DNA of 64,000 nucleotides from a virus, in the IMG/VR virus record IMGVR_UViG_3300035701_000001. The stretch is one strand, 5' to 3'. Position 1 is the first letter of the stretch; the number at the start of each line of letters is the position of its first letter. Made by a program: the position numbers and the translations under genes. Shown one piece after another: positions 1 to 10,409 of the stretch. The notes below the pieces were generated by a model. It was not told the origin of the DNA. It was given only the letters and a program-made list of their open reading frames with translations, and made no database searches.

Positions 1-348
1 TGTTGTTGAGCAGGCGGACCTCGTCGAGGATGGCGGCGAAGATGTTCTTCCGGCCGAGTACCTGGGAGCGGTGCGAGAGGTAGGAGAAGATCATCGCGTT
101 GAACATCGTGAGGCCTTGTCCGTAGACCGCGATGACGGATTCCAGGTCTTTTCCATCGGATTGGGTTGTTTCCATCGCGGCGAACAGGGAATCCATGGCC
201 CGTGCGATCTGGTTCTGGACCGTCCCGATCTTGTCGGAGAGGTTCGGGACTTCGATGCCCTTCTGCATCATGGGCAAATACGTTGTTTCGATCTCGTTCC
301 AGGCAGAGATGGCCTGTTGCAGTTCCTTCACCTCTTTTTCACAGGCAT
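1..348 (-). CDS. hypothetical protein, 3' end runs off the window
   Basis: Read manually: ATG at 348, open to position 1 (MPVKKRVKELQQAISAW...), downstream of and co-oriented with dnaE; absent from the ORF track. Confidence 0.6.
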
Positions 349-407
349 GGTTCTTCCGGGACGAGGTGAGATCGGGAAGCGGGGGGATGTCGGTGGGGTT
401 TGGCATG

Positions 408-3400
408 TCATCTCCGTTTGTGAGGTGTACTGGGGATTCGCAGAGCATCCGGTCGTCCGGTCCTGCGTTCAATTTCATCGAAGAGTTCCTGGGTGGGAAC
501 GACCTTATAACCAAGGTCTTCACACCAGCCAAGGGGAGATTCTTGTCCTGTCTCTTGTACGGCGATTTGGACGGGACAGGTCCCCCGGTATTCCGCGAAC
601 AGGTCGAGTAGCGAGGAAAGAAAGGATCTCTCGGTTTCTTCCCTTGTGAGATAGAGATGGAGCGTGGTGGCGATTTGGGCCCGTAGAGTTGGCAAGTCCG
701 TCAGGTCCTGGACTTGTATCTTTCCTTGGCCCTCTGAAGCCTCTGGAACTCCGCTTACCAGCAAGGGGGCTCCTACCTGGATCTTCTTCTTGTGTCGTTC
801 GTAGACTTCTGGGAACAGGACCACCTCGGTCATCCCGATGCGGTCGGCAATCGTGAGGAAGGTCATGAGGTCCCCGTGGCGGGTCTGGATGCGGTGGATC
901 TTCGTGAGGATGCCGACCAGGTTGACCGGAGTTCCTCGGATGAGGGACTCGACTTCCAGTGTCGTGGCGGTCCGGAACCGGACTTCGACATCGTGATACC
1001 GGTCGAGGGGATGTCCGGTCACCCAGAATCCCAAGCGTTCGGCCTCGCGTTCAAGTTGTGCGGTCGTGGTCCATTCCAGGGGCGTTTTCTCCTCTTCTTC
1101 GTGTGGAGAATCTGGTTTCGACTCTGTAGAGATCAGTTCAGGCTGGAGTGGATTCCGGGTGATCTTCTTCTTGTCTTTCTGGGCTTCGATCCGGTGGAAG
1201 AGTTCCTTGCGGGATATTCCGAAGCTATCCAGGGCTCCTGCGTGAAGGAGTGCCAGGACGGAGGCTTTCGTGACTTTCTTGGGCTTTCGCCGGAGGAAGT
1301 CTTCGAGATCCTGGAAAGGACCTCTCTGTTGTCTTTCGGCCCACAGGTCTTTGTAGGCTGCCTCTCCGAATCCCTTGATGGCAGAGAGCCCGTAGCGGAT
1401 GGCCTTCTTGTCTTCGGGCAGGCAGATCACGGTGAACCGGTCTGTGCTTTCATTGATGTCCGGGGGAAGAACAGGGATGTCCGCCTGGATGCAATCGTAG
1501 ACGTACTGGGTCAACTGCTCGCGTTTGGCCTGCTCCCAACTCATCACAGCGGCCATCAATTCCGCTCTGTGGTATGTTTTCAACCAAGCGGTTTGATACG
1601 TTATGATGCCATAAGATGTGGAGTGGGCTTTATTAAATCCATACCCACTGAAATGATCAATCAAGTCGAAAATAGACTCTGCTATTTCTTTTCTCACTTC
1701 ATTTGAGATAGCACCTTCTACAAACCTTGACTTTTGTTTTTGCATTTCGGCTGCAATCTTTTTGCCCATGGCACGACGCAGCAGATCGGCTTCTGCCAGG
1801 GAATATCCTGCGAGGACTCGGGCGGCGTTCATCACCTGTTCCTGGTAGACGATGACGCCGTACGTCATGGAAAGGACAGGTTCGAGCATGGGATGTGGGT
1901 AGGCAATCTCGGCTCGTCCGTGTTTGCACTCCACGAACTGATCGACCATGCCGCTCTTCAAGGGTCCTGGCCGGTACAGGGCCAACAAAGCGATGACATC
2001 CTCGATGTGCTCGGGCTTGAGCCGTTTCATGAGCAGGCGGAGTCCATGACTTTCGACCTGGAAAAGACCGAGTCCGTCTCCCCTTGAGAGCAGTTCGAAG
2101 ACCTTTGGATCATCGAGGGAAATGGAGAGCAGATCGATGTCTTTTCCCGTGGTTTCCTTGACGTTGTGGATGGCTTCCTTCAGGATGTCCAGTGTCTTGA
2201 GGCCGAGGAAGTCAAACTTGACCGCTCCGAGGGTTTCGGCTGCCTTCATGTCGCAGCCCATCAGGGTACGGCCATCGGATGGATCGGTATGAACGGGGGC
2301 AACCGAAGCCAACGTTCGGCTGGAGATGACGATTCCTGCGGCATGCACACCTGGTTGTCTCGGAAGTCCTTCCACGGTCTTTGCCAGATCGATTACGGTT
2401 CGGAAGGAGGGGCTGCTCTGGTAGAGCAAGAGGGGTTCTTCCTGTTTCATCCCTTCTTCGATGGAATCCACATCCTCGAAGTAGTGGGACCACTGGTTCT
2501 GTTCCTCGAAGTGGACATTGAGGCTGCGGGCCGTGTCTCGGAGTGCCTGTTTTGCTCCCATGGTTCCAATGGTGAGGATCTGTCCGACCTTGTCGGTTCC
2601 GTACTTTTCACGGACATGTTCAATGACCTTTTCCCGGTCTGCCTGGGAGAAGTCCATGTCGATATCGGGCATGGAGATGCGGGCCGGGTTGAGGAATCGT
2701 TCGAACATGAGTCCGAATTGCAGTGGATTGACGTCGGTGATTCGCATGGTCCAGGCAACGAGAGACCCTGCAGCGCTTCCGCGTCCTGGACCGACCGAGA
2801 CCCCGTGGTCTCGTGCCCAGTTCACGAATTCGGCTACGATGAGCAAGTACGTCGGGAACTTCATTCGGACGATGGTCTGGATTTCCATCTCCAGGCGCTC
2901 GGCATATTCCTGGGGATTGCCGTATTTTATCGCCTCGGGGAATTCCTGCAGGCGTACCTCCAATCCTTTGCGGGCATACCAGGCAAAGTACGCGGCATCG
3001 AGCGGCCAGTCCTCTGGAAATTCAGGTGGCGGTTCTTTTCTTCGTTCCCCGAAATTGTTTGGAGTCGGAATCCAGCTTTTCAGCCATTCCCACTTCTGTC
3101 CGAGGGTCGGCAGGGTCTCGGGAGGGAGCGTGATGGGGAGGTAGGTCACGTTCCGTTCGAGATCGAAGAGGCATCGATCTGCAATCTCCTGGGTTCGTTC
3201 AATCAGTTCTGACTCGAAGAGGAGGGTCATTTCCGAGGGGGACTTGTAGTAGGCCTGGTCCGTTGAAAATGGATTTTCCGAGGAGTTGATTCCGAAGAGA
3301 GACTGGCTTTTCGCGATGCAATGCATGAGTTCCAAGGAAGAGGACTGCTCCCTTGTCCGATACTGGCAGGCATTTGTCGCAAGGAGAGGCAGTTCGAGGT

Positions 3401-4034
3401 GATGTGCGATTCTTCGGTTTACTTCGTTGTTTTTTGCATCTCGTTTGAGTCCGTGGTCGTGTAGATCGATCAGGAGATCTCCGGGGACGATTGCTTCCTT
3501 CCAGAGACGGATCGTATGCAGGGCTTCTTCCTCGGGAAGCATCCCGGCAGGCCCGTAGGTTCCCCCGATGAGAACGAAGAGTCCTTCGAGTCGTGAGAAG
3601 GCGAGAGCCGGGGAGAGACGGGGAGCGTAGTGGTAGGTCTTATGGGCGAGTGTGAGGAGTTCACACAGGTTTTTGTATCCGACAGCGGATTTTACCAGGA
3701 AGGCTACCTGGTATCCCTTGTTCTGATAGATAATTTCTGCAGCGGTGTCTTGGAACAGGGAGGGAAACAGGGAAGTTGGCTCGGGAATCGACTGGGTGTC
3801 GGGGAGTATCCAGATTTCTGCCCCGTAGATAGGCCTCACTTTTTTCTTGAGGTCTTTTGCTACCTTTTCACAGGCCTTTGACAGATCGACAGCCCCACAT
3901 AGGTTGGCGGAGTCGGTGAGGGCCACGTGCGTCATGTCCATCTCGGCTGCGGCCTTCACCATGTCGAGGGGCTGCATGAGTCCATCCAGGAAGGAAAAGC
4001 AGCTATGGGCGCGCAGATGGACGTAGCCCGGCAT
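408..4034 (-). CDS. dnaE: DNA polymerase III alpha subunit (DnaE-type, PHP + polymerase + OB)
   Basis: HLRAHSCFSFLDG PHP motif, GPGRGSAAGSLVA, RISMPDIDMDF catalytic motif, KFDFLGLKTL, YGFNKAHS; start set at the ATG of MPGYVHL. Confidence 0.97.
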   Translation of the reverse strand: MPGYVHLRAHSCFSFLDGLMQPLDMVKAAAEMDMTHVALTDSANLCGAVDLSKACEKVAKDLKKKVRPIYGAEIWILPDTQSIPEPTSLFPSLFQDTAAEIIYQNKGYQVAFLVKSAVGYKNLCELLTLAHKTYHYAPRLSPALAFSRLEGLFVLIGGTYGPAGMLPEEEALHTIRLWKEAIVPGDLLIDLHDHGLKRDAKNNEVNRRIAHHLELPLLATNACQYRTREQSSSLELMHCIAKSQSLFGINSSENPFSTDQAYYKSPSEMTLLFESELIERTQEIADRCLFDLERNVTYLPITLPPETLPTLGQKWEWLKSWIPTPNNFGERRKEPPPEFPEDWPLDAAYFAWYARKGLEVRLQEFPEAIKYGNPQEYAERLEMEIQTIVRMKFPTYLLIVAEFVNWARDHGVSVGPGRGSAAGSLVAWTMRITDVNPLQFGLMFERFLNPARISMPDIDMDFSQADREKVIEHVREKYGTDKVGQILTIGTMGAKQALRDTARSLNVHFEEQNQWSHYFEDVDSIEEGMKQEEPLLLYQSSPSFRTVIDLAKTVEGLPRQPGVHAAGIVISSRTLASVAPVHTDPSDGRTLMGCDMKAAETLGAVKFDFLGLKTLDILKEAIHNVKETTGKDIDLLSISLDDPKVFELLSRGDGLGLFQVESHGLRLLMKRLKPEHIEDVIALLALYRPGPLKSGMVDQFVECKHGRAEIAYPHPMLEPVLSMTYGVIVYQEQVMNAARVLAGYSLAEADLLRRAMGKKIAAEMQKQKSRFVEGAISNEVRKEIAESIFDLIDHFSGYGFNKAHSTSYGIITYQTAWLKTYHRAELMAAVMSWEQAKREQLTQYVYDCIQADIPVLPPDINESTDRFTVICLPEDKKAIRYGLSAIKGFGEAAYKDLWAERQQRGPFQDLEDFLRRKPKKVTKASVLALLHAGALDSFGISRKELFHRIEAQKDKKKITRNPLQPELISTESKPDSPHEEEEKTPLEWTTTAQLEREAERLGFWVTGHPLDRYHDVEVRFRTATTLEVESLIRGTPVNLVGILTKIHRIQTRHGDLMTFLTIADRIGMTEVVLFPEVYERHKKKIQVGAPLLVSGVPEASEGQGKIQVQDLTDLPTLRAQIATTLHLYLTREETERSFLSSLLDLFAEYRGTCPVQIAVQETGQESPLGWCEDLGYKVVPTQELFDEIERRTGRPDALRIPSTPHKRR

Positions 4035-4173
4035 GAGGAGGTCCTTATCGGATTCTCCTGTCTGTGTCAATCTGCATTGACATGTAGCAGTTTGTCAAAC
4101 CTGGAGATGGAGGCTGGAGATTGTAGGAAACAATCGTCCACTGTCCGTTCCGACTTCCTGTCTACGGCCTATC

Positions 4174-4208
4174 GCCTACAGCCTACAGCCTACAGCCTAC
4201 AGCCTATA
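4174..4208. repeat. heptamer tandem repeat (GCCTACA)x4 plus GCCTATA
   Basis: Read directly in the intergenic region upstream of dnaE. Confidence 0.9.
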
Positions 4209-4928
4209 TCAGGCCTGTGCGGGCGGTTCGGTCGGGACGGGGATCTGGGCGGGGACCTCTGCCGTGACTATTTCCTTCGCCCATTCCAGGAACTCGGCCA
4301 CCGGACAGGTTCCGGTGGTTCCGTTCGGGATGCGCTTGTTTGCGCTCTTCGTGATCTTGTACTCGACGGTGCCGTTGTCGAGCTTCATGATTTCGCGAAG
4401 CGCTCCCTTCTGGTTCGAGTAGGTCTTGCCCTGGGCAAGCTGCAGCGTCGGCTTCTCGGGGATCGCGGGAGGGGTGGCAGGCAGTTCGAGCCCGTCCATC
4501 TCCTCCAGTTCCTTCTCGACTTCCTTTTCGGGTGTCTCCTCGGCAGGGCCTGCGAGGCGGAAGGAGAATTGGACCTTGTGCTCGACGATATCGTATCCGG
4601 CCTCTTCGACCAGGTATTCCATCGCGTAGGTCATCGTTTCGATCTGGGTCTTGGCGCGGGCATCTGCCTTCAGACGCGCATGGGCTTGCTTGGCCAGATC
4701 CTGGATGTTGATCTCGACGTCGACCTCGATCTTGCGTTCGGCTGCCGCGATCTCGATGGCACGGCGGGATGCGGTCTGCAGGGCCATGTCGAGCCACTTG
4801 GACAGGTTTTCTCTGCGCTTTCCGGTTCCTTCGTCGAGCCATGTCAGGATGTCCGAATCCATCTTGTCGACGATTCCGAAGTAGTGCTCCATGCAGCGGC
4901 GGTACAGTGTCGCGGGGTCGATGATCAT
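4209..4928 (-). CDS. hypothetical protein
   Basis: 239-aa ORF with protein-like composition, co-oriented with neighbours. Confidence 0.75.
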   Translation of the reverse strand: MIIDPATLYRRCMEHYFGIVDKMDSDILTWLDEGTGKRRENLSKWLDMALQTASRRAIEIAAAERKIEVDVEINIQDLAKQAHARLKADARAKTQIETMTYAMEYLVEEAGYDIVEHKVQFSFRLAGPAEETPEKEVEKELEEMDGLELPATPPAIPEKPTLQLAQGKTYSNQKGALREIMKLDNGTVEYKITKSANKRIPNGTTGTCPVAEFLEWAKEIVTAEVPAQIPVPTEPPAQA

Positions 4929-4985
4929 GAGAATCCCTCCGCCCCCTCTCTACCCACCGGACTCTAAAAGGTCAACCCCGTTGGC

Positions 4986-5435
4986 CTATCCTTTCAGCGT
5001 TCTCTGTCTCCACCAGGATCGGTCCAGGCGAATGCCAAGGAGTTTCGTCGCAATTTCGTCGCAGGTTGTTTCTTCCGGGTCGAGTTCGTGGAAGGAGTCA
5101 CCTGCGGGATCGAGTGGAGGTCTCTGGTCCAGGAGGTGTTTTCGGATCGAGGATTCCTGAAGGATGCGTTGGTGGCAGAGTTCATGAGCCATGAGCCAGG
5201 CAATACTTTTCTTCGTCTCGGTCGAATCGACAAAGAGATGAGATCGCCCGTCGTGGGAGAAGGCACGGAAGGAATAGGGTAGGGTGGGTCGTTCGATGAC
5301 GTGGGGAATGAGAGGACGTGGCCACAGGTGGACTTCCACCTCGGGCAGATCGAAGGCAGACTGCAGAATCTTTCGATCTTCTTTTTCAGGGACCCAGGGT
5401 CTGCAGCCAGGATGTACGAGGAGTCGAAAGCTCAT
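4986..5435 (-). CDS. putative HExxH metallopeptidase-like protein
   Basis: AWLMAHELCHQ motif followed by a downstream E (EETTCDEIA). Confidence 0.55.
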   Translation of the reverse strand: MSFRLLVHPGCRPWVPEKEDRKILQSAFDLPEVEVHLWPRPLIPHVIERPTLPYSFRAFSHDGRSHLFVDSTETKKSIAWLMAHELCHQRILQESSIRKHLLDQRPPLDPAGDSFHELDPEETTCDEIATKLLGIRLDRSWWRQRTLKG

Positions 5436-5710
5436 GGCCAGGCGTCCAACCCGCAGAAAATGGAGTCGGCATCTGATTCATCCGGAGCAAGGGTCTCGGC
5501 CAGAAGGGAGACCTCTTCCTCGGTCAGCGCGTCGAAGATCCCGAATCCGTGTTCCTGGTAGAGGGTATGGTCTGCCCACCGGAAGAACTCCTGGGCCCTT
5601 GCAAGGGGGTGGAGTTCCTTGAACTGGAGGTAGACCGACCAGAGCGAGGTCGGGGTCGTCGAGAGGAGTCGTCCGTATTCCTGCTTGTCCTGGTCCGTCA
5701 GAAAGGGCAT
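5432..5710 (-). CDS. hypothetical protein
   Basis: 92 aa; 4-nt stop/start overlap with the next gene. Confidence 0.7.
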   Translation of the reverse strand: MPFLTDQDKQEYGRLLSTTPTSLWSVYLQFKELHPLARAQEFFRWADHTLYQEHGFGIFDALTEEEVSLLAETLAPDESDADSIFCGLDAWP

Positions 5711-5720
5711 GTCGGGTTTC

Positions 5721-6965
5721 TCACTTGAGCCGGAAGGTCACCGGGACGTTGGGACGGGCCCAGCAAGTTCGGCAATTGGCTTCGTTGCAGCTTTCCGGGT
5801 ATCCGCCGTGTGGAATCACCGGACAGAGATAGGTCGGTTTTCCGTTGGAATCCGAGGTGGGAAGGTATTCCCCTTTGATCATCCGTGTGATGGTGGTCCC
5901 TGCAGAGAGCCCTGGGATCATCGGTGCCGGTTCGAACAGGTACGCCGCTGAGGGTCGGAAGAGGATGTTCTTTGCTGTTTTTTTTACTTCTTTCAGTTTT
6001 TTGAGAAAGGTTTCCCGAATCCAGAGCCGGGTCGGAGCCCAGAACAACACGTGGGGAAATTCGTGGGCGACCTGGGCCCATGCATCCAGGTAAGCAACGC
6101 TTTGGGCTGTGGTTCCGACGGAAAAATCCCCAGAATCGTGCAGCCGGAAGAACCCGGTGATTTCTCCTTCCATCGGAGGGGGTCTCATCCTTGCGAACAC
6201 GTCGGTCGAGGTCGAGTACTTCGTCCAGGGGGCAAGTTCCACTTCTCGCAGGGGAGTCCAGAGATCGGGACGATTTCTGCGAGGAAACCGATCCAGTGCC
6301 TGGATGCGACCCCTCTTCCAGACACCGAGTTCACTCTTGTCTCGTTCGGACTCGAAGGCTCCCCCATGGATGGGGATTTTCTCCGCGAAGCTCCGGATGG
6401 CCGAGATGAGGTCTTTCGCGATGGAATTTCCGGATGGATCCCGTTCCAGGCTTGTCAGGATCCATTCTCTTCGGGCCATGAGGCTGAAGATGGACTCATC
6501 ATGGATGTAGTTTCCGTTGGACGCGTAGCAGTGGTTGCAGACGAAGTTTCGATCCCCGAGTCCATCGTTCGAGACCACACAGGAACCCCCTTGATCATGA
6601 GGGCCGGAAGGCAGGGAGAACGAGGGGCAGGGCATCTTGTTGGCGTCTGAGAAGATTCCGGTTGCTCTCCTTCCGTTTCCCGAGGAAGGCCAGGGAGATC
6701 CGTCCTTGTGGGTTCCATGGCAGGAATGGCCGCAGAAGTCGAGGTAGGGATCGTGGTAGCTCGTTGTTCCGTCAGGGTCCGTCTTTGTGATTCCGCCGTA
6801 TCGAATGCCGGTGGCACGGAAGAGTCCGGGTTCATCCGGAGTCGAATGCAGGGCGAAGAGCGGGTGTTTCTCTTGATGGGCCGTCTGGACGGATTCGTTG
6901 ATGCTGAATCGAGCCTTCAGGCGTTGATCTGCAACGTATTGCACGACGGGCTGGGTTCGGGCCAA
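5721..6965 (-). CDS. phage GP88-like Cys-rich protein
   Basis: SFSLP, VCNHCYA, FFRLHDSGDF, FWAPTR and a C-terminal CP...C..C..CW pattern resembling the GP88 family. Confidence 0.6.
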   Translation of the reverse strand: MARTQPVVQYVADQRLKARFSINESVQTAHQEKHPLFALHSTPDEPGLFRATGIRYGGITKTDPDGTTSYHDPYLDFCGHSCHGTHKDGSPWPSSGNGRRATGIFSDANKMPCPSFSLPSGPHDQGGSCVVSNDGLGDRNFVCNHCYASNGNYIHDESIFSLMARREWILTSLERDPSGNSIAKDLISAIRSFAEKIPIHGGAFESERDKSELGVWKRGRIQALDRFPRRNRPDLWTPLREVELAPWTKYSTSTDVFARMRPPPMEGEITGFFRLHDSGDFSVGTTAQSVAYLDAWAQVAHEFPHVLFWAPTRLWIRETFLKKLKEVKKTAKNILFRPSAAYLFEPAPMIPGLSAGTTITRMIKGEYLPTSDSNGKPTYLCPVIPHGGYPESCNEANCRTCWARPNVPVTFRLK

Positions 6966-7000
6966 GAGCGTCCTCTCTTCTGTCAGGATAACCTACCTGT

Positions 7001-7600
7001 ATGGATACGTCCTTTCCAGGCTCTTCGCGCGTCCAGGGTCTTTCGGAACTCTGTACGGAACTCGTCCGGGTGGGTCGGGAGGATCTGTTGTCCGAGATGG
7101 GAGAACGGAGTCCGGATGTCGAGCGGATGCTGCGCCAGATCCTGGAACTCTTCCCCCTCTCCCTCGTGGACGTGGTCTCGGATCTGCTCGAAGAAGTTGC
7201 CCGGAAGTTCAAGGACAGGGATCTGCTCTGGAGGATTCGGGTCGAGCGGTATGACCCGAGAACTCCGCAAGAAGCCTCGGACATTCTCGTCGGGTTTTCC
7301 GAGGAGATCTGGACAAGACCGCTCTTGGACTCGACCGTGGACGAGAGCCTGAAGGTACTGGAATCCCAGGGGGTACTCGGGGAGAGGAACCTCCGGCGTT
7401 TGCTCCGTTTCTTCGAGGTCCTCCAGCGGACAGGAACCCGGCAACTCGTCTTCGATGGGATGTTCTTCGGGGTACGGGACGAGTGGTTCGGCACCGATGA
7501 GATCCGGCAGATCGCCGAGTCATACCTGGACCATGACCCTGAGTGGGGAAAAAAGGCCGTTCAGGAAGTACTTTCTCCCAAGACCAAGAAACCGGGATGA
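7001..7600 (+). CDS. hypothetical protein
   Basis: 199 aa; stop overlaps the ATG at 7597; start uncertain. Confidence 0.6.
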   Translation: MDTSFPGSSRVQGLSELCTELVRVGREDLLSEMGERSPDVERMLRQILELFPLSLVDVVSDLLEEVARKFKDRDLLWRIRVERYDPRTPQEASDILVGFSEEIWTRPLLDSTVDESLKVLESQGVLGERNLRRLLRFFEVLQRTGTRQLVFDGMFFGVRDEWFGTDEIRQIAESYLDHDPEWGKKAVQEVLSPKTKKPG

Positions 7601-8748
7601 TCGGGTCTGTTGCCTTGGCAGTGGTTGGGCTTGCTCTCGGTTCGGATGCAGAAGGAGCCGGGACGACCCCTGAACCATACGTGACTGTTTATTCCTGGGC
7701 GGACGGGACTCAGATCGTTCGAATCACGGCAGTGGACGATGCATTCTACGAAGAAAAGCTTCAGGTATTTACGGGAATGTCTGTCGAATTGATCCGGATG
7801 GTCCTTGGATTTCCGTATGAAACGGTCTTTTTGTACTTTGATTCTGATTCGAATCCACGATTCCTTCTTTTTGGAAGTGTGAGATACGGGGTTAATTCTA
7901 CGGAATTAGGTGTGAGAGATATTTTTGATGTGATTCGTTTTTTCTCGGTCGATCAGCAGATGCCATCTGGGCTGGAACGGGCTCGTATCTATGAGTTTCT
8001 TGGCTGGATTGACCAGGGAATCGAAAAAGTCTCCCTGGATGTTCTTGCACTGTATCTGCTTGGAGTTGCAGCGGTTTCTCTTCATTTTCCCAAGAGAGAC
8101 GAGGAAATACGGAAGCAATCCCGGTTGAAGAGGCGGGTGGTTGCCCTGCTGGCACAGGAACAATCCTCTTTTTCAAATGAGACGGACGTTCGGATGGCTT
8201 TGCGGGATCTATTGGAGACGGCAGGGATTCTCACCGCGAAAACTATGTCAGACAAGTATGTTTCCAGGGTTTGCGAGAGGGGATTTTATCGCTTCGATTG
8301 CCATGACAACTTCCTGATCGGATCCGAGGAAGGGGTTGCCGTTGTTGAGTATGACAAGCGGATGTACATGGGGGACGGGGCGGGTTATGTCTCCGATCAT
8401 TTCCGAATCACGACGGCCTGGGAGAACGACGGTCTTCTCTGGAAGGTCACCCATCATCAGAACGAGGGTCCTGGAGTTCTTCTTTCAACTTCTACAAAAG
8501 GTCCCTACGATGCGTTGTTTCAAACAGATCGATTCTTTTGTGCTGGTGTTCCTTCCAACCTTTCCTATCCGGAATTGGTGAAGGCACGGAGATCCGCCAA
8601 GATGGATGTACTCTCCTCCCTGGCTTCTTCGGATGGCGTTCCATTGAAAGGATGCATGATTCCGCAGATGATCCAGAATCCGAATCCTGCGTTGGCTTTG
8701 CTTCCCAAGTTCTTGCAACAGTATGGGACTAGAGCGGCCGGAACTTGA
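7597..8748 (+). CDS. hypothetical protein with N-terminal signal peptide
   Basis: MIGSVALAVVGLALGSD hydrophobic leader; ATGA overlap with the upstream gene. Confidence 0.7.
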   Translation: MIGSVALAVVGLALGSDAEGAGTTPEPYVTVYSWADGTQIVRITAVDDAFYEEKLQVFTGMSVELIRMVLGFPYETVFLYFDSDSNPRFLLFGSVRYGVNSTELGVRDIFDVIRFFSVDQQMPSGLERARIYEFLGWIDQGIEKVSLDVLALYLLGVAAVSLHFPKRDEEIRKQSRLKRRVVALLAQEQSSFSNETDVRMALRDLLETAGILTAKTMSDKYVSRVCERGFYRFDCHDNFLIGSEEGVAVVEYDKRMYMGDGAGYVSDHFRITTAWENDGLLWKVTHHQNEGPGVLLSTSTKGPYDALFQTDRFFCAGVPSNLSYPELVKARRSAKMDVLSSLASSDGVPLKGCMIPQMIQNPNPALALLPKFLQQYGTRAAGT

Positions 8749-9547
8749 CCTGTCCGTCCCAGTACAGCCGGTACATCCCGTTGGTTTCCAGCGTGACTTT
8801 TGCACCGGTAAGCGGGCTTTCATTCCACAGGATTGTGTAGGTCCCGGCAGGCACGGCCCCCGGTTTGACTGTTCCATCTGGTCCAGAGAGCCCGATGCGC
8901 GGGTCATCGGTTTCCCAGGTGGCGAGGGAAGGTCCACACTCGAAGAAGGAACTCACCCAGTCGAAGAATCCCGGCTCTTCTTCCTCGATGACGGGTTTGG
9001 GGGTCGGTTTTTCGACCGATGGACGTGTGGGTCCCGAGGTCGAGAACAGGGAAGCAGGCAGGACGTCCCGAGGATCTACGAAGGGTTGGCTCGGATTCAC
9101 GTACAGGCATGTGGCCAGGTGGAGGTGGGGACCGGTCGTGTGTCCGGTCATTCCAACGATCCCGATCTGCTCTCCTCGTGCAATGGGAGTTCCACTGTAG
9201 GATTTCGTCTTGTAGCCCTTCATGAGTTTCGAGGAGAACGCATTCATGTGGCAGTAGATGTAGTGCAGACCGGATGTATTTCCCTGGATGGTCACGGATC
9301 GTCCGGCCAATGGAGAATCCCAGGTTATCCAGCGGACGGTACCTTCCTCCACGTTGAAGATGGGGTCTCCGACGGAAGCCGCCAGATCGATGGCTCCATG
9401 CATCTTGCCGGTGGTACGGTAGAACTCGCTCACGACGCGGAGGGGTGGGTTGGACAGGGGGGAGGCTACCTTGTCGGGCAGTTTGAGGTCCACGGGGAAC
9501 GTGGTCTTGTCCCAGTGATACGCTTCAACGGTCTTTGATAGGGACAT
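8729..9547 (-). CDS. M23 family peptidoglycan endopeptidase with C-terminal accessory domain
   Basis: HGAIDLAA (HxxxD), YCHM, GQ.IG.VG.TG.TTGPHLH (HxH). Confidence 0.9.
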   Translation of the reverse strand: MSLSKTVEAYHWDKTTFPVDLKLPDKVASPLSNPPLRVVSEFYRTTGKMHGAIDLAASVGDPIFNVEEGTVRWITWDSPLAGRSVTIQGNTSGLHYIYCHMNAFSSKLMKGYKTKSYSGTPIARGEQIGIVGMTGHTTGPHLHLATCLYVNPSQPFVDPRDVLPASLFSTSGPTRPSVEKPTPKPVIEEEEPGFFDWVSSFFECGPSLATWETDDPRIGLSGPDGTVKPGAVPAGTYTILWNESPLTGAKVTLETNGMYRLYWDGQVKFRPL

Positions 9548-9560
9548 GGGTTCTCTTTTG

Positions 9561-10409
9561 CTAGAGGGGTTTGAACTTGACCGTGGATCCTTCCCGTACG
9601 GCCCGGTAGCTCTTGCCCCCTTCGAACTGGACCGTTGCACCAGGGACCGTCTTGCCATCCCAGACGAGGGAGTAGGTGCCCGAAGGGACGGTACCAGGTG
9701 AAATTTTTCCGTTCGGACCTGCAAGTCCGATGCGGCGATCCTCGGAAGTCCAGGTCGAGGTCTGGGGTTCGGAGGTGAAGAAGGAAGCTACCCAGTCGAA
9801 AAACCCGTTTTCTTCTTCTGCATCGGGCGCGGGAAGCGGAGTTCCGGCACGGGGAGCCAAGGGGGTCGTCACGAAGTCGGGGAACAGCCGGACCGCAAGC
9901 TTGCGCCTGCGGGTATCTTTTTCGGCGTTGTATTGGGGGCGTTCGACGTAGCACAGGAAACCGGCGGTGAGGTGTCCGACTTCACGGACACCTCGATCGT
10001 GGGCATCCAGTGGATGCTCGATGGCATAGGCAGGGACGCAGCCTGGCTTTTTCTTGCGGGTCGAGAAGAGTTCCTTCAGGATGATCTGCGTGTTGGTGAC
10101 GGGATCCTTGCGTTCCTCGACGGTCATCCCGGCTCCGGCTGCGCCAGGGGCTCCGTGAAGCTGGAAGAGTCCAACTGAGTCGTACCCGGATTTTTCCCGG
10201 TAGATTGCGCCGGGTTCGAGGTTCGATTCCCCCATGGCGTTGGCCACCATGGCCATTGCGACAGCAGGGGGGACCTTGTAGTTCTGGGCCTCCTCTTCGA
10301 TGATCTCGACCATGTCTCGTTGCGAGGTATTCAACACCCCTCGGGGAATGTACCGGGAGATGGGGTAGGCAGCCTCGGGAATCGCGCTGTATCGTTCGGA
10401 GGGGTTCAT
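9561..10409 (-). CDS. lysozyme-like / phage tail lysozyme-type hydrolase with the same C-terminal domain as the M23 protein
   Basis: AMVANAMGESNLEPGA (catalytic ES) and SVGLFQL lysozyme-fold motifs. Confidence 0.7.
   Translation of the reverse strand: MNPSERYSAIPEAAYPISRYIPRGVLNTSQRDMVEIIEEEAQNYKVPPAVAMAMVANAMGESNLEPGAIYREKSGYDSVGLFQLHGAPGAAGAGMTVEERKDPVTNTQIILKELFSTRKKKPGCVPAYAIEHPLDAHDRGVREVGHLTAGFLCYVERPQYNAEKDTRRRKLAVRLFPDFVTTPLAPRAGTPLPAPDAEEENGFFDWVASFFTSEPQTSTWTSEDRRIGLAGPNGKISPGTVPSGTYSLVWDGKTVPGATVQFEGGKSYRAVREGSTVKFKPL

Noticed and set aside
792-3881. Long + strand ORFs over dnaE (and 56890-58983 over HNH/Cas12f, 16468 and 23170 extensions, 39891-41777 extension)
   Set aside because: These are antisense shadows or upstream extensions typical of high-GC coding DNA, with no motifs or RBS.
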